64,000 nucleotides of DNA. Origin: a virus. The notes beneath the pieces are model-generated. The model searched no databases and had not been told where the DNA came from. It worked only from the letters and a program-made list of their open reading frames with translations. The stretch spans positions 71,901 through 135,900 of IMG/VR virus record IMGVR_UViG_3300021963_000038; one strand, 5' to 3'. The position numbers were made by a program, and so were the translations under genes. This document shows positions 10,113 to 20,186 of this stretch, piece by piece. Within the stretch, counting starts at the first letter, position 1; the number at the start of each line of letters is the position of its first letter.

Positions 10113-10413
10113 AGGTAAAGATTACCGCTTCATAGACTTCACCAATTCCGAAATTACAGGAATTCAAATTCTTGAAGGAGAATTTGCCGGTGTAGTCTAT
10201 CATTATGGTAAAGCAAGAGTTCAAGAGGCAGGCGAATTTGCAAAACTACAATTCGGTTATACACTCGTCCACTCAGGTAAACATGACATAGATGAGTTGC
10301 AAAACAACGAAGAATTTGTTACAATAATGGGTGACATACTAACAGAGATTTTGATAAATCAACATAATGAACCGACTAGAACATTCAATACTGAAGAACC
10401 TGATTTACAATGA
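10102..10413 (+). CDS. 40: gp40-like head vertex assembly chaperone
   Basis: position between uvsX and 41 as in T4; matching size. Confidence 0.55.
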   Translation: MLLEGKDYRFIDFTNSEITGIQILEGEFAGVVYHYGKARVQEAGEFAKLQFGYTLVHSGKHDIDELQNNEEFVTIMGDILTEILINQHNEPTRTFNTEEPDLQ

Positions 10414-11770
10414 TAGTTATTGCCGTAAGGTATTACCATTCATAAGTGCTGACTACTTTTCGGATGATACCGAAAAAGTAGTATTCAAAGAAGTTAATGA
10501 GTTTGTAAACAAATATAAAAATTTACCAACACATGAAGCTTTGGTGATTAACTTCACAGAAAGTAAATCTCTAACTGAAGCACAAGTTAGAACATCTATA
10601 AATCTTCTCAATGAGATTCACGAACACAGAGAAGAACCTACCGAAGAACAATGGCTTATCGAGCAGACTGAGAAGTTCTGTCAAGATAAAGCCATTTACA
10701 ATGCCATCATGGAGTCTGTTTCAATCCTTGATGACAAGAATCACAAGACATCCAAAGGTGAAATTCCAAAACTTCTAAGTGATGCTCTTGGTGTTTCTTT
10801 TGATTCACACATTGGTCACGATTATATCAACGATGCAGAAGAACGATTTGACTTCTACCATCGTGTTGAAGAACGTGTTCGTTTTGACCTTGACTTGTTT
10901 AACAAGATTACAAAAGGTGGATTACCTGTTAAGACTTTGAATATTGCTTTGGCAGGTACAGGCGTTGGCAAATCTTTGTTTATGTGTCATGTGGCTGCCG
11001 CCTGTATCAGTCAAGGTAAAAATGTTTTGTACATCACACTTGAGATGGCAGAAGAACGAATCGCTGAACGAATCGATGCAAACCTTCTTAACATTGATAT
11101 ACAAGAACTACACACAATTAGCAAACAAGATTATGACCGTAAGTTTGATGTGTTGAGAAGTAAGACACAAGGTAAACTAATCATCAAAGAATATCCAACT
11201 GCTTCTGCTTCTACATTACATTTCAGGTCTTTGTTACAAGATTTACATCTAAAGAAGAACTTCAAACCAGATATCATCTTTGTTGATTATCTGAATATTT
11301 GTTCCTCTGCTCGTATGAAACCTGGTAATAGTGTTAACAGTTACACTTACATCAAGGCGATTGCTGAAGAATTGCGAGGTCTTGCTGTTGAGTTTGCTGT
11401 GCCTATTGTTAGTGCAACACAAACAACAAGAAGTGGTTTTACAAACAGCGACCCTGGTCTTGAAGATACAAGTGAATCGTTTGGTCTGCCTGCAACTGCC
11501 GACTTTATGTTTGCTTTGATTACAACAGAAGAACTTGAACAACTTGGCCAGATTATGGTTAAGCAATTGAAGAATCGTTATTCGGATCCAAACAACTATA
11601 AACGATTCGTTATTGGTATCGATAGAGCAAAGATGAAACTATTCGATGCTGAACCTGATGCACAGAATGGCATTGTTGATAGTGGCCACGATATACCAGA
11701 TAAACCTTTAAATACTTTTGGTGACCGTGAAAGAAAATTCAATAGTAAATTTGAAGGAGTGAGAGTTTAA
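10367..11770 (+). CDS. 41: replicative helicase gp41 (DnaB-like)
   Basis: AGTGVGKS, DYLNI, SESFGLPATAD motifs. Confidence 0.96.
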   Translation: MNRLEHSILKNLIYNDSYCRKVLPFISADYFSDDTEKVVFKEVNEFVNKYKNLPTHEALVINFTESKSLTEAQVRTSINLLNEIHEHREEPTEEQWLIEQTEKFCQDKAIYNAIMESVSILDDKNHKTSKGEIPKLLSDALGVSFDSHIGHDYINDAEERFDFYHRVEERVRFDLDLFNKITKGGLPVKTLNIALAGTGVGKSLFMCHVAAACISQGKNVLYITLEMAEERIAERIDANLLNIDIQELHTISKQDYDRKFDVLRSKTQGKLIIKEYPTASASTLHFRSLLQDLHLKKNFKPDIIFVDYLNICSSARMKPGNSVNSYTYIKAIAEELRGLAVEFAVPIVSATQTTRSGFTNSDPGLEDTSESFGLPATADFMFALITTEELEQLGQIMVKQLKNRYSDPNNYKRFVIGIDRAKMKLFDAEPDAQNGIVDSGHDIPDKPLNTFGDRERKFNSKFEGVRV

Positions 11771-12013
11771 ATGAAGGTCGTAAATTTAAATCGTGAGTTA
11801 CCAAAAGAGAAACGTAAAAAAGATTTATTGGAAATCATCGATTCGTTTCGTCAAAGAATAGTTGATGATGAAGTTGAAGAATTTGTTATTGCTTCTATGG
11901 ATCCAAATGATGGTGAAGTTGTGATTACAGTTTGTTGCCAAGATTATGTGGGTGCAGTAGGCCTATTTGAAATTGGTAAACATATATTATTTCAAGTTAA
12001 TGAAGAACAATGA
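11771..12013 (+). CDS. hypothetical protein
   Basis: ORF with upstream GGAG. Confidence 0.6.
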   Translation: MKVVNLNRELPKEKRKKDLLEIIDSFRQRIVDDEVEEFVIASMDPNDGEVVITVCCQDYVGAVGLFEIGKHILFQVNEEQ

Positions 12014-13125
12014 GTTTAAATAGAGACCAAGCACTTCATTGTGCAAAAGCATTTGCAGACTATTTCGATAAGTTTTCCCGTATCGATGAGTATATGCGGG
12101 AGCAAAAACTTAATTCATTGGCTGAAAGACCTTTTGTTTTACCTGGATGTGGACCAGAAGAAGATTTATTTTCTGATTTTTCCATGTCACCAATGGATAT
12201 GGAGTTTGAAATTGTATTGATGGAACAGGAACGATGGGCTTCTTACCTTGATATTATTTCTTCACATAATAATCTTTCAAGTCCAGGTAAATCATTACGC
12301 TTTGGTGTTCTGGAAAAGAAAACAAATAAGTGGGTCGGATTCTGTCGCCTTGGGTCTCCAACGATTATGATGAAGCCTCGTAATGAGATGCTTGGTGAAG
12401 TCTTTACAAACACTCCAGAGGGTGCCAAATCGTTTAATAACACAACGATTATGGGTTTCGTTATTGTACCTGCTCAACCTTTTGGGTTTAATTACCTTGG
12501 TGGCAAGTTACTTGCGGCAATCTGTTGTTCACATGAAGTTAGAAATTTGTTGAATGACAAATACAAAATGAATACTTGTTTGTTTGAAACTACAAGTCTT
12601 TATGGTTCTTCAAAGGCAGCCTCACAATATGATGGTATGAAACCATATTTAAGATTCAAAGGTCTTACAGATTCAGATTTTCTACCAATGATGCACGGCA
12701 AACCATATGATGATATCAGAGATTATGTGGAAAAAATTAATGGTGGTCCTATTGTACCAGAAGATGCTTCAAGTCGTAAGTTGAAGATATCAAATACAAT
12801 TATTGCTATGACAAAGGCTGCATTGAAAACACATAAAGATGAATATGATGCCTTCGTTACTACTATCAATAATGCTAAGAATTTGACAGAACAAAAGAGA
12901 TACTATGCTTCAAACTATGGTTTTAAGAACTATGTTGATGTGGTACTTGGAAGAACCGATAAGTTGATACCAGATGAAAACTATGACAAGTTTCATATGG
13001 AGAAAATTGTAGATTGGTGGAAACAGAAGGCCACCAATCGGTTCGACAATCTAAAGACGGAAGGTCGTCTAAGAACAGAACAAGAAGTCTGGACTAGTGG
13101 AAAAGTGCTTGACATTATTCGTTAA
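12010..13125 (+). CDS. DUF4338/DruA-like protein
   Basis: PFGFNYLGGKLLA and FETTSLYG..SQY motifs. Confidence 0.65.
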   Translation: MSLNRDQALHCAKAFADYFDKFSRIDEYMREQKLNSLAERPFVLPGCGPEEDLFSDFSMSPMDMEFEIVLMEQERWASYLDIISSHNNLSSPGKSLRFGVLEKKTNKWVGFCRLGSPTIMMKPRNEMLGEVFTNTPEGAKSFNNTTIMGFVIVPAQPFGFNYLGGKLLAAICCSHEVRNLLNDKYKMNTCLFETTSLYGSSKAASQYDGMKPYLRFKGLTDSDFLPMMHGKPYDDIRDYVEKINGGPIVPEDASSRKLKISNTIIAMTKAALKTHKDEYDAFVTTINNAKNLTEQKRYYASNYGFKNYVDVVLGRTDKLIPDENYDKFHMEKIVDWWKQKATNRFDNLKTEGRLRTEQEVWTSGKVLDIIR

Positions 13126-13164
13126 ATGCGGTAGGATAAATACTCCAAAATTGATAGGAGTATT
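13109..13164 (+). promoter_or_regulatory. composite promoter plus SD-sequestering hairpin
   Basis: TTGACA-N17-TAGGAT; late-like GATAAATA; AATACTCC/GGAGTATT stem covering the SD. Confidence 0.55.
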
Positions 13165-13166
13165 AA

Positions 13167-14237
13167 ATGGCAGAAGGAATATCAGGCGCAGGTGCGGAGA
13201 TAACAGCATTAGCTGAAAGTCTGCAAGCATATGCTTGTGCAACTAGACAATATCTAGGTAAAGACCTTGTTGACATATCTCAAGTTACATCCAAAACTAT
13301 TGGTGATGCCGAATGTGATAGGACATTAGACAAGTGTATGAAAACTTTGGATGAAAATTGGTTCACAAGTGTTGTCAAAACTGCAAATCAAATATTCGTA
13401 GATGTACCTGAAGCAAGAACTGGTAACAAGTATAAATTTTATCGTGGTGGTAAATTTGTAGATTCAATTTATAATGAATGGCGTAGGATGAAAAAAGATA
13501 GTGGTCTTACAGGTGATGATAAATGGAATCCTGCCGACATTTGGATGGTCAAAAAAGGTTTCACATTGAAAACAAAATGGCCAACATTAAGGGAATACAA
13601 TCGATATATGTACGATGAGTTTGCTAGAAAGAATTTGATAGGCATTTCATTAAAGAAATTGGATCCAAAAGGTTCTGCTCACTCTAAAATTTTTAATGCA
13701 GGTAAACCATTGACAGCAGAATTTACTGGTGTCAAACTTGGACCAAATATGTTGGACTCAAAAGACATTTACATAAAATTTAAGTCTGAAGGTAAAGATG
13801 GAGAAATTCAATTGAGAAACTTCTCTAGTAGACCAGTACCATCGTCATGGCAAGGAGAAATTAAAGGTAAGACAGCTGCTGGTGGTAAAATTGGTGGCGG
13901 TGTGATTTTTGAAGGTGCCATAGATACTGGAGTTAACAGAGCAAAGTTAACATTACCTAATCAAACACCAATTGATAAACCTACTGAAGCACAATTTAAA
14001 CAGTTTGCAACGATGTTTAAAGAATTGTCAAAGAGTAAAGAATCAATTCCTAATTTAATTATTCAAGCAAAAGCAGGACACAGGAAAGATAAGACTTGGT
14101 GGATGTCAAAGTATATTGGTATCGACCTTGTGTATACTATGATTAAAGAAAAGAAAATGGATCCTCTCTGTTCTTATATGTTTCAATATGCATCATCAGC
14201 CACAAAAAACAGTAGCATTTTCATAAAGTATAGTTAA
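13167..14237 (+). CDS. putative PD-(D/E)xK-type nuclease (WNPADIW family)
   Basis: DKWNPADIW...GISLKK motif. Confidence 0.5.
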   Translation: MAEGISGAGAEITALAESLQAYACATRQYLGKDLVDISQVTSKTIGDAECDRTLDKCMKTLDENWFTSVVKTANQIFVDVPEARTGNKYKFYRGGKFVDSIYNEWRRMKKDSGLTGDDKWNPADIWMVKKGFTLKTKWPTLREYNRYMYDEFARKNLIGISLKKLDPKGSAHSKIFNAGKPLTAEFTGVKLGPNMLDSKDIYIKFKSEGKDGEIQLRNFSSRPVPSSWQGEIKGKTAAGGKIGGGVIFEGAIDTGVNRAKLTLPNQTPIDKPTEAQFKQFATMFKELSKSKESIPNLIIQAKAGHRKDKTWWMSKYIGIDLVYTMIKEKKMDPLCSYMFQYASSATKNSSIFIKYS

Positions 14238-14238
14238 T

Positions 14239-15468
14239 ATGAAATTCAAAGAATTTTTAACGGAAGCAACAGCAACAGGTAAGAACCTACACCTCGAACA
14301 TATTGAGGATGAGATTCTTAATCGTGGTGTGCAAGGTGGTCGTGATGCAATTAATTTCTTACAGTCGTTGAGAGATATGCTTGCTGGTCATGCAAAATCT
14401 AAAGTGAACATTACCACGAAATGGGATGGTGCGCCTGCCGTATTCTGTGGTATTAATCCTGAGAATGGTAAGTTCTTTGTTGGTACTAAAGGCGTCTTTA
14501 ATAAAAATGCCAAGTTAAACTATACCGATGAAGATATTGATAACAATCACCCATCTGAAGGTCTTAATGCGAAATTAAAAGTTGCTTTGCGATACTTGCC
14601 TAAGTTAGGCATCAAAGGTATTCTGCAAGGTGATATGATGTTCTCTAAAGGTGATTTAAAGAAACAAACAATCGATGGTGAAAACTATATTACATTTCAA
14701 CCAAATACAATTGTTTATGCCATACCATCCGATTCTAAACTTGCTGCGTCTATGCAAGCTGCACAAATGGGTATTGTGTTTCATACTTCATACACAGGCA
14801 GAACTATTGAAGATATGAAAGCATCTTTTAATATTGATATCGGTAAATTATCATCAACAAAAGATGTTTGGTTCCGTGATGCATCATTTGTTGATGCTTC
14901 AGGTTCAGCCACATTTACAGAAGATGAAACAAAAGAATTGACAGGCATTTTATCACAAGCAGGTAGAATATTTCAATCGATTTCTTCTCTGACAGTTAAT
15001 CGCATTGCATCTACTGAAACTATCAGAATTCAAATTGCAACATTCAACAACACCAAAGTTCGTGCTGGTGAAAGAATCAAAGATACTCAGAAACATACAA
15101 CAGAATTAATTAAAACGATTGAAGCAAAATTAAATCAACACGTTCTTGATGCCAAGAAAGAAGATACTAGGAAGAAAAGAGTTGCTGAAAAGAATGAAGT
15201 TATGCGATTCTACCGCAGTAATGCATCTGAGTTGCGTAAAGTATTTGACTTTATGAATCTGATTGTTGATGCAAAATTAAAAATCATTCGCAAATTAGAA
15301 ACTATTCGTGATGTTGGTACTTTCATTCGTACTGATGATGGGTTTAGAATTACTGCACCAGAAGGTTTTGTTGCAGTAGATAAATTAAAAGGTAACGCAG
15401 TTAAATTGGTTGATAGGTTAGAATTTGCCCACGCCAACTTTAATGCAGCTAAGAATTGGGACAAATAA
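14239..15468 (+). CDS. DUF6267-like ATP-dependent ligase/nucleotidyltransferase-fold protein
   Basis: TKWDG (motif I), QGD, EGFV and VKLV motifs; N-terminus MKFKEFLTE. Confidence 0.65.
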   Translation: MKFKEFLTEATATGKNLHLEHIEDEILNRGVQGGRDAINFLQSLRDMLAGHAKSKVNITTKWDGAPAVFCGINPENGKFFVGTKGVFNKNAKLNYTDEDIDNNHPSEGLNAKLKVALRYLPKLGIKGILQGDMMFSKGDLKKQTIDGENYITFQPNTIVYAIPSDSKLAASMQAAQMGIVFHTSYTGRTIEDMKASFNIDIGKLSSTKDVWFRDASFVDASGSATFTEDETKELTGILSQAGRIFQSISSLTVNRIASTETIRIQIATFNNTKVRAGERIKDTQKHTTELIKTIEAKLNQHVLDAKKEDTRKKRVAEKNEVMRFYRSNASELRKVFDFMNLIVDAKLKIIRKLETIRDVGTFIRTDDGFRITAPEGFVAVDKLKGNAVKLVDRLEFAHANFNAAKNWDK

Positions 15469-15749
15469 TGGCAGAGAAAAAATTTGATTTAAGTTCCATT
15501 ATGGCCGAATACGGCGATAATGATTTTGGTTTTACGGCAATCGATGAAGAAGAATACAATTCGATTATTGCTGAAAAAGAAGATACTGTTGAAGAATACA
15601 AAGCAAGACTACATGAAGTTGAGAAATTGATTCTTCCATTTCTAACAAAACTGTTACAGACGGCAGACCAACCTATCATTAAGTGGCCTAATCGAAAGCC
15701 TGTATTAGAATCACAGATTCAAAAAATATTAAACCTAACTAGAGGATGA
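15468..15749 (+). CDS. hypothetical protein
   Basis: DFGFTA..IKWPNR; coupled to upstream stop. Confidence 0.6.
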   Translation: MAEKKFDLSSIMAEYGDNDFGFTAIDEEEYNSIIAEKEDTVEEYKARLHEVEKLILPFLTKLLQTADQPIIKWPNRKPVLESQIQKILNLTRG

Positions 15750-15750
15750 T

Positions 15751-15915
15751 ATGATTGTCCGTGCTGTAAGAAAGTTAAGAGAGAAAGTAGAAAAAGATAT
15801 TCTACCAAAAGCTGGTGCAGGTCAATGGGGTACAGATGAGTTGAAAAATACTTATCTAAAAGATACACCAGGTCAAAAGATTACCAGGTTTAAAGAGTAT
15901 AGGCGACATAAGTAA
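15751..15915 (+). CDS. small hypothetical protein (GAGQWGTDEL..DTPGQ)
   Basis: manual translation, SD GAGG. Confidence 0.55.
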   Translation: MIVRAVRKLREKVEKDILPKAGAGQWGTDELKNTYLKDTPGQKITRFKEYRRHK

Positions 15916-15937
15916 TTATTTAACTGATTGGAATATT

Positions 15938-16786
15938 ATGAAAGATTTGATTATAGGTGCTTGCACCAACTATGATTGGGACAAATTAAAGTATTGGGTT
16001 AACTCAATAAACAGAAGTGGTTTTACTGGCGACAAGGTTATGGTTGCCTTTAATATAAGCTTTGAAACTGTTGACAGATTAACTAAAGCTGGTTTCCAAG
16101 TTATTGTTCCTGGTAAATCCGATGAGGTGAACAAACAATTCACCTATCAATCTAACTTACCAATCCATGTGGAACGATTCATCCACATTTACAACTATCT
16201 ACAAACACATGATGAATATCGGTATGTTATCACAACCGATGTGAAAGATGTTATCTTCCAACACAACCCATCTGAAGCATTAGACTTAGAACTAGGTGCA
16301 AGACAACTGTACCTATTTGCTTCCGAAAGTATGTACTACAAAGATGAACCATGGGGCAATCAAAATTTGATTGAAACATTTGGTCCTTTCTTCCACAATA
16401 TTTTCAAAGAGAATGAAATTTATAATGTGGGTGTTCTTGCTGGTCGTGGCCATGCTATTCAAGATTTGGCAGCAATGATTTTTGCCATGTCAGTCAATCG
16501 ACCAATACCAATTGTAGACCAATCAACATTTAACTTTATGATTTCACAAGAACCATATTTGTCAACAGCAAGATATTGTAAATCAGAAGATGGTTGGGCT
16601 TGTCAATTGGGTACAACTGTTGACCCAAGTAAGATAGAACAATTCAGACCTTTCTTATTAGAAGCATCACCAAAAATGATTGCAGGCAATGTTACAACAT
16701 CTAGAGGAAAAGACTTTACAATTGTGCATCAGTATGATAGAATACCAGAATGGCGCAAAATTATCGAGGAAAAATATAATGACTAA
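15938..16786 (+). CDS. glycosyltransferase-like protein (GT-A)
   Basis: TDVKDVIFQ, DQSTFN, HQYDR motifs. Confidence 0.65.
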   Translation: MKDLIIGACTNYDWDKLKYWVNSINRSGFTGDKVMVAFNISFETVDRLTKAGFQVIVPGKSDEVNKQFTYQSNLPIHVERFIHIYNYLQTHDEYRYVITTDVKDVIFQHNPSEALDLELGARQLYLFASESMYYKDEPWGNQNLIETFGPFFHNIFKENEIYNVGVLAGRGHAIQDLAAMIFAMSVNRPIPIVDQSTFNFMISQEPYLSTARYCKSEDGWACQLGTTVDPSKIEQFRPFLLEASPKMIAGNVTTSRGKDFTIVHQYDRIPEWRKIIEEKYND

Positions 16787-17807
16787 ACGAGTATTAATCA
16801 CCGGCGGTGCAGGCTTTATTGCACATCATTTAATTGAAACTATTCTGGACACCACAGATTGGACAATTGTATCACTTGACCGACTAGACTTCTCTGGCAA
16901 TTTAAATCGCCTAGAAGATATTATGAAGAAATATTCACCCGAACAAAAGAAACGGGTTGAGATTGTCTTTCACGATTTGCGAGCAGAAGTTAATCCACAA
17001 ACCGCTGGTTTGATTGGTGATTGCCAACTTGTGTTACACCTTGCAGCTGGTTCTCATGTAGACCGTTCAATTGAATTTCCAATGGAATTTGTGCAAGATA
17101 ATGTTATCGGCACAGTCAACCTTTTACAATTTTCAAGAACACTAAAGAACTTGGAGAGGTTTGTATACTTCTCAACTGATGAAGTATTTGGACCTGCACC
17201 TGAAGGTGTTGACTATAAAGAGAGAGACCGATATAATGCTACGAATCCTTATTCTGCCAGCAAGGCAGCGGGTGAAGAAATGTGTGTTGCCTTTGAGAAC
17301 ACTTACAATATGCCAATTTACATTACACACACAATGAATGTGTTTGGTGAACGTCAGCATCCAGAGAAATTTATTCCTAAAGCCATTCGATATGCTCGTG
17401 ATGGTGAAACACTAACTATTCATTCAGACAGAAGTAAAACTAAAGCCGGTTCTCGGCACTATGTTCATGCAAAAGATGTTGCTGATGGTTTGATGTTTAT
17501 TCTCAATTTACCTGAAGATTATGCCAAAGTTCCTGATTTTGGTGGTGCAAAGATTCCTAAATTTAACATTGTTGGACCTGATGAAGTAGATAATTTAGAG
17601 TTGGCTAAACTTATCGCAGAAGCACAAAACAAAGAACTCAAATATGAAATGGTTGATTTCCATTCATCACGACCTGGCCATGATTTGCGTTATGCATTAT
17701 CTGGTGATTACATGGCAGCTTTAGGATGGAAACCAAAGATTTCTTTGCGTGAACGCATTAGAGATATGGTTATCTGGTCATTAGAAAATGATAAGTGGCT
17801 TAAATGA
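16779..17807 (+). CDS. NDP-glucose 4,6-dehydratase (RfbB/RmlB-like)
   Basis: TGGAGFI, SHVDRS, STDEVFG, YSASK, RPGHDLRY. Confidence 0.9.
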   Translation: MTKRVLITGGAGFIAHHLIETILDTTDWTIVSLDRLDFSGNLNRLEDIMKKYSPEQKKRVEIVFHDLRAEVNPQTAGLIGDCQLVLHLAAGSHVDRSIEFPMEFVQDNVIGTVNLLQFSRTLKNLERFVYFSTDEVFGPAPEGVDYKERDRYNATNPYSASKAAGEEMCVAFENTYNMPIYITHTMNVFGERQHPEKFIPKAIRYARDGETLTIHSDRSKTKAGSRHYVHAKDVADGLMFILNLPEDYAKVPDFGGAKIPKFNIVGPDEVDNLELAKLIAEAQNKELKYEMVDFHSSRPGHDLRYALSGDYMAALGWKPKISLRERIRDMVIWSLENDKWLK

Positions 17808-18508
17808 AAATAGCATTATGTCTATCAGGACAACCTCGTAGTGTAAAACAAGGCTATGAGTTTGTTAAACGCAACATACTAGACGGTAACGATGTTACCG
17901 TTTTTTGCCATGTTTGGGAAAATCCAGAGGTCATAGATATTGAACTTTATAAACCTGAAGCGTATATGATGGAGAAATCTTTAACTGATGACTTATCAAA
18001 ATACACAAGATTTCCACCACCACAACCAAATTGGAAAGTAAAAGATCCAGTCCGTTCAACATATAATCAATTGTATGCTATCTTAAAGTGCAACGAATTA
18101 AAACTTGTATATGAAGATGAAAACAGTATGAAGTTTGATTGGGTCATTCGTAGTCGTTTTGATTTTGCAATCAATGCTAAAATTCCATTTGAAGAATTAG
18201 ATAACAGTAAACTTCACATACCTAATTGCCGTATGGTACCAAGTCGTGATTTTGGCAATGACCAATTTGCATTTTCTTCATCTGAAAACATGGACAAATA
18301 TTCTGATACATTTAATCGTATCGATGAATTTTATGATTCAGGCACACAAATGATGTGTGAAGATTTGATGAGTGCAAATTGGAAACAGAAAGGTTTGATT
18401 GGTGAAAATCTTGTTTACTGTGATATCAATCACCCGTTTCCTCCAGGTCCATACAATGGAACTTGGCACAGTTTAATTCGTGAGGACTTTGAACAATGGC
18501 TTCGTTAG
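17804..18508 (+). CDS. putative glycosyltransferase
   Basis: MKIALCLSGQPR..RSRFD..NDQFA family. Confidence 0.55.
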   Translation: MKIALCLSGQPRSVKQGYEFVKRNILDGNDVTVFCHVWENPEVIDIELYKPEAYMMEKSLTDDLSKYTRFPPPQPNWKVKDPVRSTYNQLYAILKCNELKLVYEDENSMKFDWVIRSRFDFAINAKIPFEELDNSKLHIPNCRMVPSRDFGNDQFAFSSSENMDKYSDTFNRIDEFYDSGTQMMCEDLMSANWKQKGLIGENLVYCDINHPFPPGPYNGTWHSLIREDFEQWLR

Positions 18509-19221
18509 TAATTTGCATGGCTGGTTTGAATACCAGATTCCATGATGTTGGTTTTGATATACCAAAGTATTTGTTACCATGGAAAAATGAAACAATCATC
18601 CATGAGATTCTCAAACAACTAGGTAAATTTGATGAAATCCTATTGTTAGCTAATAAGCGTGATGTGTATTTCATGCCTAACTTGGTGAAAACTATTGAAC
18701 CACTTGGTCTCACTAAAGATAATATTCATTATATTGGTGACACAAGTGGTCAAGCACATACTGCTTATATTGGTGCCTCACTATTAAAGAACAGAAATAC
18801 CCTTCCCCATCCTTTCTTTGTTCATAATGCCGACACACTATTGATTGGCAGAGATTTCAAAGAAATTGAATCAACAATGTCTGATGGTTATGTTGATGTG
18901 TTTGTTGCCAACAATCCAAAATATTCTTATGTCAGGTCAAAAGATGGTCTTGTGACCGAGATTGTTGAGAAGGCTTTTATTTCTCCATTTGCAAGTTCTG
19001 GTCTTTATGGTTTTAATAATCCCAATCTATATCAAAAAATGTATGAATCTCTATCACAGGGATATATGGGAAAAGAAATGTATATTGCAAATGTGTTAGA
19101 CTATATGATAAAGAATAATATGTCGATTGGTCTAAATGAATTGAATAATGAATATGAAACAATCGTTCTTGGTAGTCCACAAGAATACGGCCTTGAATTG
19201 GCAAGAATGAGTTTAAAATGA
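18496..19221 (+). CDS. sugar/cyclitol-phosphate nucleotidyltransferase
   Basis: MAGLNTRF..PKYLL, NAD, EK, GLYGF motifs. Confidence 0.8.
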   Translation: MASLVICMAGLNTRFHDVGFDIPKYLLPWKNETIIHEILKQLGKFDEILLLANKRDVYFMPNLVKTIEPLGLTKDNIHYIGDTSGQAHTAYIGASLLKNRNTLPHPFFVHNADTLLIGRDFKEIESTMSDGYVDVFVANNPKYSYVRSKDGLVTEIVEKAFISPFASSGLYGFNNPNLYQKMYESLSQGYMGKEMYIANVLDYMIKNNMSIGLNELNNEYETIVLGSPQEYGLELARMSLK

Positions 19222-20186
19222 AAATAAAAGACTTGAAAGGTGGTTCTTTAAGTACCACAGAGTTACACGAAATTGATGGTGTTCATTATGTCAAAAAGAA
19301 AATCAATCTTGTCAAAGAAAGAGAATATGGATTTGTTCGTTGGTATTCTCAATTAAAGAAGATACAAAGATACTCTGTTGATTTTCCAAGTTTGTTTCCA
19401 AAAATTATTGATGTTTCATATGAAACAGACTATGCAGTTATGACTTTACAACACATGGAAGGTTTTAGAGATATCAAAACTATTCTATCCGAAGATAAAT
19501 TAACTGAGCAACAGATTATAAAAATAGTAGATGCTATTTGGAAATCATTTGCTTTACTACATTCTAAAACTTATCCACCAGTTATTGGTGCGCCTAAGTT
19601 ATATTATAAAGAAGAAGTGAGGCAGAAACTAAATGATGCTTTGATAAATGATGAATTTCTACAATTTTTCGGTCATGCTACAGGTGGCGTATTTGAATAC
19701 AATGGTGAAATGACTCATGGTATATTTTCTTATCTTTATGAATTAGAAAATATATTCTTTGATTTGAAACTTTCTTCTGAAGAAAACATACATGGTAATC
19801 CAACATTGGAAAATATGTTGTATTCATTTGAGGAAGATAGAGTTGTTTTTATTGACCTCTATGAAGAAAGTATGATGGACACAAAGTTTCTAGATTATGC
19901 ACAGGTGTTACAGTGTTCACGCAGTCATTATGGTTATATAAATGACCGTGATGTTGTTGTTATGGGTTCAAGTGTATCTCATAATTTAGAAATACCAAAA
20001 AACTTTGAGAAATTCAATTTCTATTTTGAATTGAAGATTCCAAACAATTGGATTAAGTTGGTAAATATATTAGAAGCCACACAATTCATTCGTATGTTGC
20101 CATTCAAATGTCGTGCTGGTGAGATTAAAAAGGCAAAGTTCTTCTATGTTCATGCCTGTAACTTATTAGGTAAGGTTTTAAATTAA
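19218..20186 (+). CDS. APH/choline-kinase-like phosphotransferase
   Basis: GGS loop, HGNPTLENML and FIDL motifs. Confidence 0.7.
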   Translation: MKIKDLKGGSLSTTELHEIDGVHYVKKKINLVKEREYGFVRWYSQLKKIQRYSVDFPSLFPKIIDVSYETDYAVMTLQHMEGFRDIKTILSEDKLTEQQIIKIVDAIWKSFALLHSKTYPPVIGAPKLYYKEEVRQKLNDALINDEFLQFFGHATGGVFEYNGEMTHGIFSYLYELENIFFDLKLSSEENIHGNPTLENMLYSFEEDRVVFIDLYEESMMDTKFLDYAQVLQCSRSHYGYINDRDVVVMGSSVSHNLEIPKNFEKFNFYFELKIPNNWIKLVNILEATQFIRMLPFKCRAGEIKKAKFFYVHACNLLGKVLN

